Part shown: positions 1 through 13,544 of the stretch, piece after piece
How positions within the stretch are numbered: the first letter of the stretch is position 1
Layout: each line of letters opens with the position of its first letter
NCBI RefSeq assembly: GCF_009914755.1
Contig: NC_060926.1
Length of the DNA stretch: 64,000 bases
Source of the DNA: the human T2T-CHM13v2.0 reference genome, Homo sapiens
Strand: one strand, 5' to 3'
Position numbers and translations under genes: made by a program
The notes under the pieces: generated by a model
The model's database searches: none
The model's input: only the letters and a program-made list of their open reading frames with translations
Told to the model about the DNA's origin: nothing

Positions 1-539
1 AAATGATATTTCCTAAGCTATCAAATATCTTAAGAAATATTTCCTTTATTTCTAATGCTTGTCCTTACTTCATGATATGCACAATTTCCCCACTCCAACC
101 AGTATGTATTCTATTTAGATCATAAGATACGATTAGTGGTTATGTTTATGTTTGCCACTCAATATCAGCGGTATAGTACTCCAAAATCTCAAATTGCTAG
201 AAAAGCATTGTATAAAATGTTTAAGTGAAGTGATAATTCACAAATAAACATGAATTTCAGATTTGTAAAAAGAAATGAAAACACAAATGTCCTAGTAAAG
301 CAGGATAAAATACACTTTTCTACACACAGAGTAAAGGATAAAAATTATAAAGGGAAATATAGTTGCACATATAAGCAATTTTTAAAAATCAACTGCCATC
401 GGCTGTGCAAACCTCAGTCCCATCAACTCTCTCACTGAAATATTTCTCAGGTTTATCTCTCTATCCCCTCCAACATCTCGATAACCACAAGGAGCCTTAA
501 GAATGATGTTGCTCATGTTCTAATCTCTCATTGTCTAGT

Positions 540-1620
540 TTGATAAGTTATGTTGACAACTGCACAATAAGAGTGATAAGATCAAAAGACTATTGAAGAC
601 ATTTCAAATGGAAAAACTAAAAGTCAGTATCTCTCATAAATACAGACAAACATTCAAAAAAAAAAGGGAAGATTTACCTCTATCTCTCTCAGATAATCTG
701 CCATGCCCAACTTGAATATATTTCAGAAGTGCAAGGTTATTATAACATTACATAATCAATCCATATAATGCATCACACTGACAGAATTAAGAACAATAAC
801 TTTTATTATCTCAATAGTAGCTGAAAATCACTTGAAAGAAGTCAACAGCTATTCATAATAAAACTCTCAGCAAGCCTGGGATAATGAAAAACACCTTATT
901 CTGATAAAGCATCTACAAATGATCCATCTTTAGAATTACTGAGGTTTAAAATTATTGAGAAGTCGTACAGGCAATTCTACAGCAAACATCTTAGTGATAA
1001 AATATTAAACATTTCACTTCTCAAATTATAAAAAATACTGAACCATCCACTATATGAAATCATAATGGAGGTCCTAAGACATGCAAAAATTCAAAACAAA
1101 TAAACAAACAAAACCCATGGAGTATGGAAATGAATAAGCAAAACATTTGTATTTGCTGAAAAAATTTGTACATAAGTTCTTAAAGAATCTAAAACTTAAT
1201 CACTAGAAATAGGTCTCTGCATACAATGTGGATTAAAGGAGATATAAATAAATAGCATTTTCTGTTCATAGAACAGAAGATTTGATATTGTTAAGAGTTA
1301 ATGGATGCAGCACACCAACATGGCACATGTATAAATATGTAACAAACCTGCACGTTGTGCACATGTACCATAAAACTTAAAGTATAATACAAAAAAAGAT
1401 TTCAGTTTTCTCCAATTTGATATATAGACTCAATGCAGTCCAATTAAAATCCCCAAAGGAATTTTTGAAATTGAAAAGGTGATTCTACAATTTACGTGGA
1501 AATTCAAAGGATGTAGAATAGCCAAGAAAATCTTAAGTCTAAAAATCTGGTATTATGTCTTCTGACTTTTTTTTCTTTATAATAAAGCCACAGTAATTAA
1601 GACTGTACTGTAAGCACAGA
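540..1620 (+). mobile_element. Old L1 ORF2-derived fragments with an inserted L1PA 3' end (~1300-1398)
   Basis: L1-like A-rich sequence; L1 3' UTR motif gcacaccaacatggcacatgtata...cttaaagtataat; boundaries approximate. Confidence 0.6.
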
Positions 1621-2309
1621 GATAGACAAAGAGTCAAGAAAAATATTATTTTTACACAATCATGAGATTTTTAAACACAGGCAATAGAGTGAGGTATATG
1701 TTTTCAATTGTTTTTTGTTTTGTTGTGTTTTGCTCTATTTTTGCAAGAAATGGTGAGGAGTTGTTGAGTATGAAAATAAAAATAAATAAAACAAGATATC
1801 AAAATAAAATTCTTGATCCACCTCACCCCAGGCAAAAAACATGAATTAGAGATAGACTGTAGCCTATATGTGAGAGGTAAAATAACGATGCTTCTTCAAG
1901 AAAGCATAGGAGCATATCTTTAAGCCCTTTGGTGGTAAAAATTTATTAAACAGAGGACACACGTAAATACACAAAACAAACACAGGAGAAAAAAATGACA
2001 AGTAAAATGACAAATTAGATTACATTATAATTAAGAACTTCTAATCGCATCAATGTGTATGATTAATATAACATTACACACACAGACACTCACACACACG
2101 ATTTGAACAGGAACTTCCCTAAAGATATGCAAACAGCCAATGAAAATAAATATATGAAAAGTGACTCAAGATCATTACCTATTAAGGAAGTATAAATTTT
2201 AATCATGATACAACTTCAGATTTATCAGTACAGATGTTTTGTGTTGGATATGTATAGTGGAACTTTGACATAATTGACTCCATCTCAGATAAAGACTGCA
2301 TTATATGTT

Positions 2310-3340
2310 TCATAGGGCAGCTTGCCAACAAGAATAAAATGTTTTGCCTACAAAATAAAAAAAATAAAGGCTGCATCCAACCAGATAAGGTCACAAGCAA
2401 GCACAGTCTTGCACTATGAGTTCTCACCAGAGGACTCTGTGACCATGAAAGTGCGGGCTGTCAGTATCTCAAAAGGGCCATCTTAATTCACAACCATCCC
2501 GTTGTCATTTGTGATAAGAACTCCTCATCTGCCTAAGAAGGCTCTGACACATCAGAGACTCTTCCTTGCAAGGACCAAGGGACCTTCAGGCCAGACCAGG
2601 ATTCTTTTTGTCTTCTTCACTACCCCTGGATTGATTTGATAACTCTTTCTCCTATTTTTTTTCTTTTGGTGTTAAATGTTGCATTGTGTAAACTTTAACT
2701 TATAATGTTTATGTATTGATTAAGAATACTATTATGTATGGTTTGCAATATTGACCGGCTTGTGCAATGGTTTTAGCCTGTGTGCCCGCAACACTGACAA
2801 TCGAATGGCTCCTTGGGAGCTCCATGTAGCTTGCAGCTTCTGTGTTGGAAATAGCATCAGTAAAAGTCTGACATTGTGGAAAGACATAAACACGCATGGG
2901 CCTGGTTAACTCTGACCTTGGAGCGCACATGACAGGGTAGATCTATGCAAACTTGACCCCAATGCCTGAGGAAGCTGAAAGGCTGAAGAAAGAGGCTGAC
3001 ACATCCAGTTTCTCAGAAAGAAACATTTAATAGAGACTTAAAAACAGAAGCCGTGTCTGTGTCTCTGACAGTAGGCAGATAAGATGGTCAATCACTTGCC
3101 ATGACCCCTCTCAAATAGGGCTTGTATACCATAGGAGACCAGTGATTCAGAAAGGATGTGTACGACAATCAAAGAATGATTACATCAAGGTTGTTTAAGG
3201 GCAGGATTTATGCTAAGTACTTGCTCTTAAATAAGATAAAATAGATAAACTGAAAATCTTAGAGACCGTCCCAGAACTCAGGTTAATCAGAAGTCAGACA
3301 TGGAAAATTAGCATCCAAGATGGGGTTGCTTTGGCCTCCA
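2310..3340. mobile_element. ERV LTR-like remnants (probably two elements)
   Basis: LTR-like motifs (taaaagtctgacattgtggaaagaca; gaagaaagaggctgacacatccagtttctcagaaagaaacatttaatag); family not resolved. Confidence 0.45.
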
Positions 3341-4398
3341 CCCTAGATATAATAAAAGTTTGACAGTACTGAGTACTGAAAAAGATTGACAGCAATTGAG
3401 ACTTTTAGGACGTGGTTGGTTTCATGTAAACATGTTCAGCATTTCAGTAAACTATTGTCAATGTTTACTAAGACAAATTCTATGCTAACTTTATAACTCA
3501 ACACTTCCATTCTTAGGAATATTCCCAAGAGAAATGAGTGCATAAGTTCACAAAAGACAAGCACAAGAATGTTCTTAAGGTTTTTACCAGTAATATTCTT
3601 AAACCAAAAACAAATAATTAGTTGAAAAATGAATATATTTTGGCATATTCATGGAAAATTGTTCCTCAATAAAAAGGCACAAATTACTGCCAGAGAAACA
3701 ACGCAGATGAAGCTCAAAAATATTTTGACCAAAATAAGCAAGACGTCAAAGAGTAAATACTGTATGATTGAAATTATATAAAGCTTAAGTATAGGAAAAA
3801 TTAATAAATATTGATATAAAATACAGTGGAAGCCTAGGATGATGATAGATGGAACACGGAATTGACAGGGAAGTAAACTGGGGAGATATTTGAGATGCTG
3901 GGAAGAGTGTGGATCTTGATCTGGGTAGTGTTGGAAGAAGGTGGGATCGGAGCATAAATGTTTACAGTATACATATAGGTGCAATATGTTTATCTGATAT
4001 GTTGTTGGCTGAACATACTTATATGTGTATGTACTTATGTCTGATCTTTGAAAGGTCATAATTTAGACTCTAATCCCCTGTATCAAAAAAAATTCTTTAA
4101 AAATATGTAGAGTACCTTCTCCTTTTCTGTATAAGTCTGACTTTTGCTGCAATCTAGACCTCCTAGGTTTAATTTTCTTTGTCCTTTATTAATAATAATC
4201 AGGAGAGATACTTGCATATCAGCTGATGGAGCTGAGGATAAAGAGAGATAGAATGTAAATGTGCCTCCCTGACCCCTTCTACCAAAACTTCCCAGTGAGC
4301 TTCAAACCTTGGCTGCATCTGAGAACTGCTGTCAGCAGAGGGCGGCACCAGGAGGAGCAGCTGGGGCAGCCCAGACTCACACATCTACTTCCCTCCAT

Positions 4399-4903
<505 letters not shown>

Positions 4904-4944
4904 GCTGTGTCCTGACTGAGAGAGACTTCTGCACAGGATGTCAC

Positions 4945-5012
4945 CAGCCTATTGATAAATGTTCAGGGCAGTAGGCGTTGCTCTGTGGGACATGCAAATC
5001 TGCACAGCTGCA
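4945..5012 (-). promoter_or_regulatory. IGKV1-27 promoter: TATA-like box, octamer, E-box/pentadecamer
   Basis: ATGCAAAT at 4992-4999 (ATTTGCAT on minus), CAGCTG at 5005-5010, AT-rich box near 4951-4960. Confidence 0.85.
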
Positions 5013-5378
5013 AAGATGTCTTATCTCAATAACACTGCACAGGCCCAGTGCCTCCCAGGTGTCCAAAGTCTGCAGAGCATGTGTTTCTCCCTGCAGGCTA
5101 CAGGACAGAATCAGCCTACTGTCCTATATGTGGAGTGTTCTTTTGCTCTCTTCATGTTTCATGACATGCTTCTCTTGCTAGCTTTCTATTTATGACAAGG
5201 TCTGCTAGGGAAAAACATCTCTAGAAACTCAAGACATTTTAGAAGTTTCCTGCATTTGATACAGATGAGTACTATTAAGGTCAGAGAGACTTCCTTTTTG
5301 GTCCAATTCCCTGGAACCACCAGTGCTGTAAATTGTCAGTGCTACCAACAATGGATGCATTAAGGTATAATCATGAAT

Positions 5379-5429
<51 letters not shown>
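5379..5429 (+). repeat. (GATA)12 tetranucleotide microsatellite
   Basis: 12 perfect GATA units plus GAT. Confidence 0.95.
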
Positions 5430-6809
5430 TTGCTCATTAAAAAAGAAATAAAAAACTTAAAAAAAACCTAATACTTGAAAATAGTGCCACAGCAAGGAAG
5501 GGTCCTGCCACTGGCTATCTGGCATAGCTAATCTCCCATCTCCAGACACATAATTGTTATCCTCCATATCTGAATGTTCTTTCCTACCTCTTTCAGCTGG
5601 GCCAGCCAACATGATAAATTTTCTCCCTTTACTTCTGAAAGTTCTCAGCTATATTCTAGCTCTGTATGCCATCCTACAGTCTCATGCTAGATATTTCCCT
5701 GTGCTCCCTGAATTTTATTTATGCCTTTTATTTCTCTTATCCAAGCCATTCCCCTTCAGAAGCTGAGGTGTCCTCTAAACCAAGTTGTCACCCTCTATCC
5801 CTGTGACTACTCTGTTTCTTATACCTGCATATTTCCAAATCACCAATCTCTTCCAGCTCCTAAGAGAAAACAGTTCTTAGTGACTGGGTTTAGGGCACTT
5901 GATCCGAGCAGGTTCAGAAAGAAAACTATGCAACAAAAAGCCAGGGAATTGTATGAGATACTGAGCCTACACAGTATAGAAAGTGCACCCGTGTTGTGGG
6001 GTGTAGAGGAAAGCCCACCTGGGCGTTGAAGCTATAGTTAGCAGAGACAAGTATCCCTACCTGGGTGTGCAGGATGCAAGACCCCTCCTCCCACTTATGC
6101 AGGACATCACAGCTGGATGAGGATGAGCAGGACAGTCACAAGGGTGGAGGACACTGTTGCTAATGTCAGAGCCCGGGGGGGAAAGGGCAGCTATGCAGAG
6201 ATGCAAAGTTCATGGTGGACTGGCACGGAGTATCAAGACTAATGAAGGTGTGTGAGGCATAAGAGGGAAGTTGTCCACAAGGAAAGTTTAGGTGACAGGG
6301 ACAGTGGGAGATTGGTGTCACACAAAATGTTTGATCATTTAAGTAAATATGGTATGAATAATTACAGCCAAGATTCTCAGTTTGGAAAAAAGCTACAAAT
6401 ATAAAAAAGGAGAAACTGTAGATTTGGATTGTAATTAGAGACATTAATGTAGATTCATTAATTTTTTGGATAGTTTTATACGGATATAGATTAAAACATA
6501 TGCAGATAGACAGGTAATTTTTCCTAGAAGCAGTAACACACAAGTCTCAATAAACACCTTGAGTGCTCAAATCTTGTTTTATTGAATATCAATCTCTATT
6601 AAAAAGAATAATTACTGGAAAAATATCTGATATCAGGTTTAGAGCAGAAAAAATATAAGATAAGCCTGCACTTCTTGTGTCAGAAACTAAGGAAGTGCTC
6701 AGAAAATGATGGGGTAAGAGAAAAAGGTATTAGGAACTAGCTTGAATGGGGCTCCCCTTGGACAAAATAGGGGAATGTTGACTCTGAAAATAAATAATGA
6801 CAGTAACAT

Positions 6810-8060
6810 ATTTGTTTCAGTCTGTGCTGTTATAACAGAATATTTGAAACTGGGTGATTTATCTTTTCAGTTAGAAATCTATTTCTCACAGTTCTGGAGG
6901 TGGGAAAGTCCAATACCAAGGTGCAGTTATCTGGTAAGGTCCTTCTGGCTGCATCTCCATGGTGGAAAGGCAAGACAGAGTGAGTAAGAGCAAGAAGGGG
7001 TCAAACTTGTTTTTATAAGTAACCCACTCTCACTATAACAAACTCACCCCCATCATGATGACATTAACCATTCATGAGGGCAAAGCTCTAGTGACCTAAT
7101 TACCTCTTAAAGTTTCCACTTCTCAACATGGCTGCACTGGGGAGTAAATTTCTAACAAATGAACTGAGGAGGATACATTCAAATCACAGCATTCCACCCT
7201 ACTCTCTCCAGTTCATGTCCTTTTCACATGAAAAACACATTCATTTTATCCCAATAGCACCTAAAGTCTCAATTTGGTCCAGCATCAACTCAAAAGTCCA
7301 AAGTCCAGAGCCTCATCTGAATCACATATGGGTGAGATTCGAGGCACTATTTATCCCAGGCAAATTAATTCCAGCTATAAGCCTGTGAATTATCAAGTTA
7401 CATGCTTCCAAAATACAATTAGCCCTCCCTACCCATGGGTTTTACATCCACAGATTCAACAACCATGGATTGAAAATAGAGTATTCAGCAGATGCAGAAT
7501 CCACAGATGCAGAGGGTATACTTTTCATATTTGCAGGTTCTTCAGAGCTGACTGCAGGACTTGAATGTCCACAAATTATGGTATTTGTGGAGGACCCTGG
7601 AACCAATTCTCCATGGAAACTGAGGGACAACTGTACAATGGTGGGGCAGGCATAAGATAAACATTCTCATTCCAAAAAAGAGAGATAGGTAAAAAGAAAG
7701 GGTTAACTGGTCCCAAGTAAGCCCAAAACCCAACAGGAAAAACATTAAGTCTTAAAGGTGGAGAATAATCTTTGACTTCAAATCTCATATCTGGGGCAAT
7801 CTGGGGTGGGAGTTGGTTTACCAATGCCTCAGGCAGCCCCACCTCTATGGTTTTACTGGGCTCACTTCACCCAGAAGCCTTCATGGGTTGGAGTCTTGTG
7901 CCTGCATCTTTCCCAGGCTGGAGTTGCATGCTGCTGGCCCTACAATTCTGTGGTCTCCCAGGCTGCCTCACTTTCATGGCTCTACTAGATATTGCCCTAG
8001 CAGGGATTTTCTGTGGAGGCTTTCTCCCTGCTACAAGTCTCTGCCTGGGATCCAGTATGT
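6810..8060. mobile_element. MaLR (MLT/MST-like) LTR plus internal sequence
   Basis: ttctcacagttctggagg...agtcc...aaggtg and cttccaaaatacaatggtggg motifs typical of MaLR; boundaries approximate. Confidence 0.6.
7416..7633. mobile_element. Tigger/MER2-family MITE nested in the MaLR
   Basis: Imperfect TIRs caattagccctcc... / ...tgagggacaactg, flanked by TA duplication, splitting host aaaata|caatggtggg. Confidence 0.7.
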
Positions 8061-10324
8061 CCATAGCCTTTCCCAAGACTCAATCTGGCATTCTCCTTGC
8101 TGGGAATCCAGAGCCACTCTCCGGCTATCCTTTTTGGAATTCAGCCCTAAGCCCCTGGAAGCTTTTCTTTTAAACCCTCCAAACACAACCTCTGACAGGA
8201 ATCTGGCTGGAACAGTCGGCATCTTCAGCAAAAACAACTGAGAAGGAGAGGAACCCTGCAAACACCACATTAGTGTAGAGGAAATGCATACAAACCCTAG
8301 ATTTCATGTTTTCTCCAACTGTTTTTTCCAGTTTCTTAACCATGATTCTGTTTCTATGATCTTGAAGGATGGAGACATTAAGAAGAACAAGGAGCTGTTT
8401 TATGCTTAAGATATAAAAAGAGAAATGGAGACAGGAAGAGAGCAGAATTTATACATTCTTCAAAGTGGTTTGGATTTCTCTAACCATGGGCATAGAATGA
8501 CAAAGATGTTAGGAGAAGACATCACTTTTTCTGATTTCCTGTTTTTTTTGTGTCTTAGACTCCCATAAACACAAATAAGAACCCAGTCAGTCTCTTTCCC
8601 TTGAATATTTTTTCTGGATAAGTTAAAATAATTTTAGAAGCAATTGCAAGAAATGATAGCAATAGCTGAAGCAGAGATAAGAATTCTGAAGTTTGGAACA
8701 TTTGAGGTTGGTGCAGCAACTTGGTGACAGCAAAAGGACCCAGGTTTTTGCTACATTTCTTCTTTGCACTTCAGTTTTTCAGTCTTGGGTTCAAAGCCTC
8801 ATGATCTTAGGAGGGCTGCAGTGCCTCCAAGTATCAATGTGCACGCATACCTGTTTCAGGAAAAAAATGCAGGACAAAGCTCTTCACCTTCTATGCCTTT
8901 ATGAGGGATCAAAGTCCTTCCCTGAAGTGCTGCTCACCTCTGACATCTCATTGTGGAGCTCATGTGCCCCACTCCCTGCTCCTCTTCATTGTCCTTGCCA
9001 TGTGCAGCAGGACGAAGCTGGTCCCTTATACGCCCAAGGAGAGGGGATGGCTGCTGTGTAGGTGCCAAGAGTTTTGCGATGTTTATATTTCACTATGTGT
9101 CTAAGTTAAGTTGCATGGGAAAGAGAAAGTTCAAGGGCCTCTTTATGTGGTGGGATTGGAGTGGGCCAGACCCTGAGGATGACAATGAAGTCAAATTTCT
9201 AGTTTTTCAGTTGCCAATGCTGGCTTCACTAGTTAAGGAAATGTGGCCTGTGCAATTAAGACCAGGACAGACTTTCAGGTACTGGAATAAATGGGGGAGA
9301 TATTTGGCATAGGGTCCTCAGTCCAGGACTAATGTTTGCATTACCCAAGCTGCCGGTCACTGGCCCTGGTCTGTGGCAGTAGCAGCTTCTCTCCTGAACC
9401 ATGGGGCTGAGGACCTGGGGGGAACCACAGGCCCTATCCACGGGGCTGCATGGAATGGGGCTTCAGAGAAGGAAACTGCTCACACACCCACGGGTGCCAC
9501 ACCAAGCCCAGTGCCCGAGGTCAGGATGAAAGTCTCTGAGACCAGAGCCTTAGGGCTGGGCCTGGGCTCCTGGGGCTGGCTGTCCTCAGCTCTGTCCTCA
9601 CTGGTCCTGAGACACCAGGACCCTGTTGGAGCCAAAGAGGGAGAGTCAACAAATGTCCACAGACTTTACTCAGCGAGCCTCTGTTCTGCTTAGAAATAAA
9701 AGGAACACATGCTACAAAAATAATGAATATATGGACATACTGTGTAAACTTTTAAATTAAATAGATATAATATTATGGATATAAATTATTGATGTATCTG
9801 TATATAATATGTATCTATATTATACATCTACATAATATGTATATTTATATAGAAATAGATATAACTGTTGGTATAAGGTATGATTTCAAATTTGATAAAT
9901 TGAGCATGAACATTTAAAACCAGCAATAGCACACCATAAACATGATCCTTCCTGACTTCCTGAAGGTCAGGAAGCTCAGGACCTTTCCCCATGTCCCTGT
10001 TGAGCAGGACAGAGAGCCCCCAAGACCCAAGGGGGGTGTGGGGAACACAATCAGCAGGTGGCTGGGAGATGGGCAGTGGGTCTGGGCCCTGATTGGAGAG
10101 AAGTTTTGTTCCCAGATCTCCGAGTAGACAGTTCCTCCCCTGGGGGCTCTTCTCAGACACAGCAGCACATGTGACTCAGTGGCTGTGTAGTCACAGGGTC
10201 ACAGGACAAAACCCTTCCACTTGACAATTGGCAGCTTCTCCTCTGACTAGAGTGATGTGGGATCTCTCTGCCCAGCTATCATGGCTCATGTGGCTGCTGA
10301 CATCCTCTTCACAAAACGAGACGC

Positions 10325-10788
10325 CATGAAGGCAGCTCAGCTGCTGATGGCCCGAGTGAACTCTGTCCAAGCCCATCACCCCTGACCCAACAGGCATTGT
10401 GTAGAGTAGGCAGCAGGAGCCAGCAGAAGCTCAGAGCCAGCTGTGGCTTCTGCTGGTGCCAGGCTAGAACATTGTTGAGACTATGGCTGGCCCTGCAGGT
10501 GACAGTGACCCTCTCTACTAGTACACATGAAGAGGGGCTAGAGACTGTCCATCTAAATGTGGAATAAACATGAACACCCCAAATATTAATACCAAGCATG
10601 TAGTTTGTTCAGTTTGGTTAAATTCTATTCAGAAAATAAAACAGGCTAATTAACTGATTGTCAAGGAAACATTCCTGTTTATTGCAAACAAACTGAAGAT
10701 GAAGCCTGAACCCTCCCTTCTTCCTCAAGAGAGAGAACAGCAGGAGGAATAGGAGCAAAGCTGGGTCCCCACATCCATGAGATATTTC
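10325..10788 (-). pseudogene. Highly degenerate V-kappa relic A1 (leader + V exon remnant, no RSS)
   Basis: Translates ERVTVTCRASHSLNNVLAWHQQKP; FR3 remnant gacagagttcactcgggccatcagcag; leader remnant ATGGATGTGGGGACCCAG/LLLFLLLFSL. Confidence 0.8.
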
Positions 10789-10849
10789 TTGATGCTGATC
10801 CTGCTCAGAGAGGGTGGGGATAGTGAATGAGTCTTCTTTCACTGCAACA

Positions 10850-11190
10850 CCAAAATACTCTGGGTGGGTGGCTTGAACCATAGACATTTATTTTCACATT
10901 TCTGATGGCTGGGAAGTCCAACATCAAGGTCCAGCAGGGTTCACTTTCTGGTAAAGACCTTCTTCCTGGTTTGTAGATGCTACCTTCTCACCATGCTTTC
11001 ATATGGTCTTTCCATAAGAGTGTGGGAGTTAGAGAGAGAGGAAAAAGAGAGATCTCTGGATCTTATGAGAACCACTAATCCTATTGGATCAGGGCCCCAC
11101 CCTTATAACTTCCATTATATTCTTATAGGTCCTATCTCCTACAGCCACGTTGGAGATTAGACCTTCAACATGAATGTGGGAACACAATTT
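10850..11190. mobile_element. MLT1-like MaLR LTR
   Basis: tctgatggctgggaagtccaacatcaaggt...ggatcagggccccacccttat motifs; paralogous copies at ~21960 and ~63790. Confidence 0.65.
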
Positions 11191-11767
11191 AGACCACAGC
11201 AGGTGGACACAGGTAAGGCAGTAGGGAGGGAAAGGATATGCTTTCAGCCTCCAAGCACAGAGCAGGTTCCCCACAACTCAGCACACTGGCAGCTCATCCC
11301 AGATGTCCCAGGTCACACATGAGACACCGTTCTAGATTTAGGGACTTCCCATTGATAATGGGACACTATCAGTCTTATTTTCCCAGTGTTTCTAAGACCT
11401 TGGTGTTCTTTATTGTTTATTGTGGAGTGTGTTTACACCCAGAGACAGGTTATTGACATAGCAATTTATGGGATTTTTAATTTTGTTATAGTGAAAATTA
11501 CTTAATAAATTTATCAGAAATAATAAACTAAAATTAATATATTGTATGAAAATGAGATTAACTGAATGTCCTAAAAGGAGCCTGAGAGGATAAAAAACCA
11601 TATTCTTTTCAGAAGAGGACAATTAAAGTCATATGACTTTTATAACAAAGACATTTTAGTAGAAATTATCAAATGATAAATTCAAATAGGCTGCCACAAA
11701 CATAACTATATACTCAAAAAATTATTTTCTAAAATAATTTTACATTATCATATAAGAGCAAATAACT

Positions 11768-12077
11768 GCCAGGTGCAGTGGCTCACGCCTATAATCCCAG
11801 CACTTTGGGAGGCTAAGGCAGGTGGATCGCTTCAGATCAGGAGTTCGACACCACCCTGGCCAACATGGTGAAACCCTGTCTCTACTAAAAATACAAAAAT
11901 TAGCCTGGAATGGTGGTGGGTGCCTGTAATCCCAGCTGCTCCGGAGGCTGAGGCATGAGAATCTCTTGAACCCAGGAGGCAGTTTGCAGTGAGCCGAGAT
12001 CATGTCACTGCGCTCTAGCCTGGGTGACAGAGAGAGACTCCATCTGAAAACACAACAAAACAAACAAACAAAACAAA
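11768..12077 (+). mobile_element. Alu (AluS-like)
   Basis: gccaggtgcagtggctcacgcctataatcccagcac...; A/AAAC-rich tail. Confidence 0.93.
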
Positions 12078-12541
12078 GTGGGTTTATCAGCAGATCCACT
12101 GAATGGAAAATTTCTCCAATGCGTGCTTAAAGTAAAAGAACATTTATCCCTGATGGGAAACTCTAGATTTCTTTGGTCTTTAGAAGAAAACAGCTTTCTC
12201 TCTAGTCGTTCCACTTCATGCTGTCGAGGATGGGCATGGGGGCAAGTGACTCTGAGGAAGGAGGAAGGCTGTGTCTGAGGGTGGTCGTGTCTCCTGCCCA
12301 TCTGAGCGACCTCTTGGAGAAGAGCCACCGACACCACCAAAGCCACCCACCTGCCTCTGCACTGTCAGGCAACAGACACAGAAACCATGTCACATTTAGT
12401 CCACCATATTTTGAGGCTTCTTTGTAACAGCCTTAATTGTACTCTGATTCTCCTTGGTATTTCATCTCAGTTTTTGGAATCATTTATTTTTCACCTAATG
12501 GGGCCTTAACATGTGGGACTGAAGTACAGCTGAGGCTATCA

Positions 12542-13437
<896 letters not shown>

Positions 13438-13490
13438 TGTGAGAAGGTGAACTGAGGAGTCCTGATCAGTCAAGGCACAGTTACAGCTGA

Positions 13491-13544
13491 GCTTTTATCT
13501 CAGACTCACAAGGGAAGGTCCTCCCTGTGGGACAATATGCAAAT
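13491..13544 (-). promoter_or_regulatory. IGKV2-28 promoter (TATA-like GATAAAAG and octamer)
   Basis: ATGCAAAT at 13537-13544; gcttttatct at 13491-13500. Confidence 0.85.
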
